Position numbers and translations under genes: made by a program. Shown piece by piece: positions 19,501 through 20,000 of a stretch of 20,000 nucleotides of DNA. The stretch lies in the IMG/VR virus record IMGVR_UViG_3300009503_000028; one strand, 5' to 3'. Each line of letters opens with the position of its first letter. Position 1 is the first letter of the stretch. Source of the DNA: an uncultured virus (IMG/VR IMGVR_UViG_3300009503_000028) (lineage: Duplodnaviria > Heunggongvirae > Uroviricota > Caudoviricetes). Under the pieces are notes generated by a model. It searched no databases. It was not told the DNA's origin and saw only the letters and a program-made list of their open reading frames with translations.

Positions 19501-20000
19501 ATTCAATTTGTATGGAGATATTAGAGAACTCAAACCTGGAGAAGAGGTAAATGCTAGGAGAAAGACATGTCATGAGCCTGAGAAGTGGTTCCTCAAAGAA
19601 GGAACAGATATTGAGAGACCATTGGGAGATATTATGACTTGGGTTACAGTAATAGATCATGGAAAAGCTAAGATAATAGAAAATACTCCAGATTTTCTGA
19701 ATCTAATACTAAGTAGCAAAGATTTCAACAATGTACACTTCATAGCTAAGAGGACAGATGGGAAATGGATATTCAGAAGAGAGATAGAAACAAGAGGACT
19801 TTCAACTGGAGATCCACTTCATGGTAAACCATACTCTCCATTCATTGTTAAGAAGAAAACAACATGGAACTATTTCAGAGTCTATATCTATGATCCTAAA
19901 GAATTCACTAGAAGTGAGCCTTTAGAGAAAGTTAAGAAATATCTTCCAGACTTGAAGATACCAGAAGGAGTCAAAGTATATGTTGGGTTGTATCCAGTTC
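13571..20000 (+). CDS. Giant multidomain nucleic-acid repair polyprotein (MBL hydrolase - ASCH - helical repeats - NTase-like - ATP-dependent ligase/OB - Cys4 - 3x LigD-PE-like, with intein), 3' partial
   Basis: Hand translation from ATG 13571 is open for 2143 codons to the window end. Motifs: HLHPDH 13721-13738; KVDG 15950-15961; IIDGE 16091-16105; YDIM from 16259; EGVVCK 16442-16459; KIK 16520-16528; HLDWR 17327-17341; HHDIR 19460-19474. Absent from the ORF track because it has no stop codon. Confidence 0.93.
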   Translation, partial: MKIRILGTKGEITEKTHGVQKHSGVLIDNLLFDCGEREYLALKPDAIFVSHLHPDHWAKGIETDIPVYSIEKPEGSKNWQKLKKLQKLTIDTLKITPIPTTHSKKVKSCAFLIENSKRILYTGDLMWVNKKYWGMIRNLDLVITEASSLDRNLIRRDKKTGEIYGHTSLKRLVQLFKELGAKKILILHYGSWAVDDFKKAKEQIRELGAIPAEDGYSMELELKPEDVEPVTPKVFAEPQYGLIVVEPHGKMIWNGTKKAILKSRKFESHIGEPLYLIADRLCYGIITLKSPSEIDEKTFKETFDKHKVSEEDRKVWSKKEPEWGKFPLYMYEFDFEPFKKPKPIRFKTTGPQVFISKENFEFLEVSNMDPTELEYFHSLYHTYNEELGDVWCELHFELSTQMIAKGLYHSYVSGPCDRVLDINELIKEATKDWVNQYIKNLKKYTRAQVGDDFRIVLGWYSTIKEGKKLTKHTNVGDIPITEEDCKKLAVAIVRELIDRGARFNRPETYKKYARELFEYVVKEIGEKNIPWKEEAELALPKNLEVTDIDVPFVNKLSDKDLEELWKWLHDKWKKEHPNGETPENFVNANIFVQTERWKRGIIDYDYEDKDALDKVARFSWQEYGGVTPLEEPEGEEIKLEDVVKAISGTGIIPIKGQPYAAYLIGRIVNEGKIPKNHDIDILFRQNPDPRLVYSIRNSLPDWLSKRVHVVFDYAGPGVGLSLPVYGYALNPLPKELMTTGFGPFRELEAPKLGKYMIGIKPKSGWGKHEFWDPKEAWEKWASQYIKDGIWVEEKVDGRRHQIHIMENNSIKMFTEDTQRDRAIVFPEIVKEFQSLHLEKSIIDGEILAFIPTGKVEPKNARAKRELWELMPREDTAAITAAKSLSEDFRKKLVLVIYDIMMYKGKDLTNAPYSERRKIYTSIIPKDLQYIDTVRGDLARTMEQFFNLVKKYSSVNGSEGVVCKSSKLLYPVKWSGENRPETMCKIKNLKEIDVKVIGVKQKKEKETGRPIPTYIYQCAIALPKDKVKEWYPEDIYEENGKIYAFIGESYGTKVKCKVGDIITVMPIRVRFYQKNGKTRVTWMFPLFKEKKPEKKEPDPLDVAEKLAKLGTRPALEEELEDIIKIYLEPCPFYKDWNVCPLRKRFGVRRAIQNLALIEEEVLKYPVMCPLARTFKCPYVKDYYYGFIGVKYHPELSEYFEMVNLDKYPRYIVQKLQGKYMEMPKGEHDFVMESHILTKEFVPKEKKIPKTGSQHLDWRMAVDGYLEGWSIVGGSVDKLITPKRLLDNIGKGFRTEEKARQPCIAEDTFVIKNQTLCQAKEIKVGDKVLTADGTFKPVLEIDRVFKPEQYLVRPEFGLPLQVDGEHPFLVNAITWQEQSRLSKRQRRELYTLRPVWKPASMLKKNDILLFPKLKIDSVSFVGSKEEGMLSGYYLGDGNLFLGGKRKKSGEYATKYCRLAFNSKNVTLITKYQEVLSRLKIRYWIRERKDNVTELVFTVKKDMKIFPKPKEIPINFVNANQEFLKGLIKGLVDSDGYIDKSGYIHFINSNLSLINGLVLILHRFGVVPSLRYRNNLNYSHSEFQGKIAELIWSAEKHKQYFDYGYYYGFRVKDIRKVTPKPLVNIVTENHTFCLPYCATHNTVWLFKDKPIAKDPDSLKPGDPEPAIYDVVVGEGEPRGKMFVMTRGKAVFGVQKPWFHEYFLKDDRYFKDWTRIVVRGIRAQKIDPTTKEPIKGEYETLWRSMIPLDQMPYAISKRAREKNWKPPKDNKYPFPKDWAAKKFPEEFKAYEEYLKTLKLSEELNKVKFTLSQHSWKGPEHIRKLAIRQWYLFIDDKGKGPVRTFRLESVPPFDVQILAWDEGRDDRKYLDWSGKTKPMSRFNPNKELYGEMVILQKGTVDYSTTKEDGREVITLKFGEGQFLSKEWKLEQEEAESDAYTLYKVEKESLEKEYEFVYHKHCVQSKDKCHHDIRIKMDHYLDEFNLYGDIRELKPGEEVNARRKTCHEPEKWFLKEGTDIERPLGDIMTWVTVIDHGKAKIIENTPDFLNLILSSKDFNNVHFIAKRTDGKWIFRREIETRGLSTGDPLHGKPYSPFIVKKKTTWNYFRVYIYDPKEFTRSEPLEKVKKYLPDLKIPEGVKVYVGLYPV
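17471..18484 (+). mobile_element. Intein with LAGLIDADG homing endonuclease (338 aa)
   Basis: Starts CIAEDTFV (block A). Block B is VDGEHPFL. LAGLIDADG motifs are LSGYYLGDG (17849-17875) and LIKGLVDSDG (18140-18169). Ends ATHN followed by Thr+1 at 18485. Confidence 0.95.

Larger units (their letters stand above)
1..20000 (+). mobile_element. Segment of a probable archaeal tailed virus or provirus (virion-module region)
   Basis: All credible genes are co-oriented and tightly packed. Contains S/T/G-rich beta-type proteins, a fibre-like repeat protein, a BppU-like protein, a glycosyltransferase cluster and an intein-bearing polyprotein, with no housekeeping genes. Hallmark capsid, portal and terminase genes are not in the window. 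Confidence 0.7.

Noticed and set aside
13658..19660. Nine minus-strand ORFs in the track suggesting a fragmented or non-coding region
   Set aside because: They are antisense shadows of the single + strand polyprotein, which carries clear catalytic motifs. Their S/F/L-rich translations have no motifs.
1..20000. tRNA, rRNA, integrase or att sites
   Set aside because: Intergenic gaps are about 50 nt or less, and no such features were recognisable by eye.

Overview
AT-rich, gene-dense window in which every credible gene lies on the + strand. It looks like the morphogenesis region of a tailed virus or provirus, probably archaeal (GGTGA/GAGGTG ribosome sites, TTG starts, TTTAAATA box, LAGLIDADG intein). 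No capsid, portal or terminase gene is in the window, so this is inference. Three blocks: (1) 75-5598, a glycan synthesis and methylation cluster (GT4, double GT2, CmcI-type and class I methyltransferases, NDP-sugar epimerase, degenerate NTP-transferase). (2) 5636-13568, Cys-rich and S/T/G-rich putative virion proteins, including a ~1440-aa fibre-like protein with ~36 basic 14-aa repeats nested in a 98-aa super-repeat, and a BppU-like protein. (3) 13571 to beyond 20000, a giant ORF of at least 2143 codons that the ORF track misses because it has no stop in the window. Hand translation shows a nucleic-acid end-healing/sealing polyprotein: MBL-fold hydrolase, ASCH, three helical repeats, a pol-beta-type NTase-like domain, an ATP-dependent ligase with OB fold, a Cys4 module and three LigD 3'-phosphoesterase-like domains, the first interrupted by a 338-aa homing intein. 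All calls come from motif reading, not database searches.
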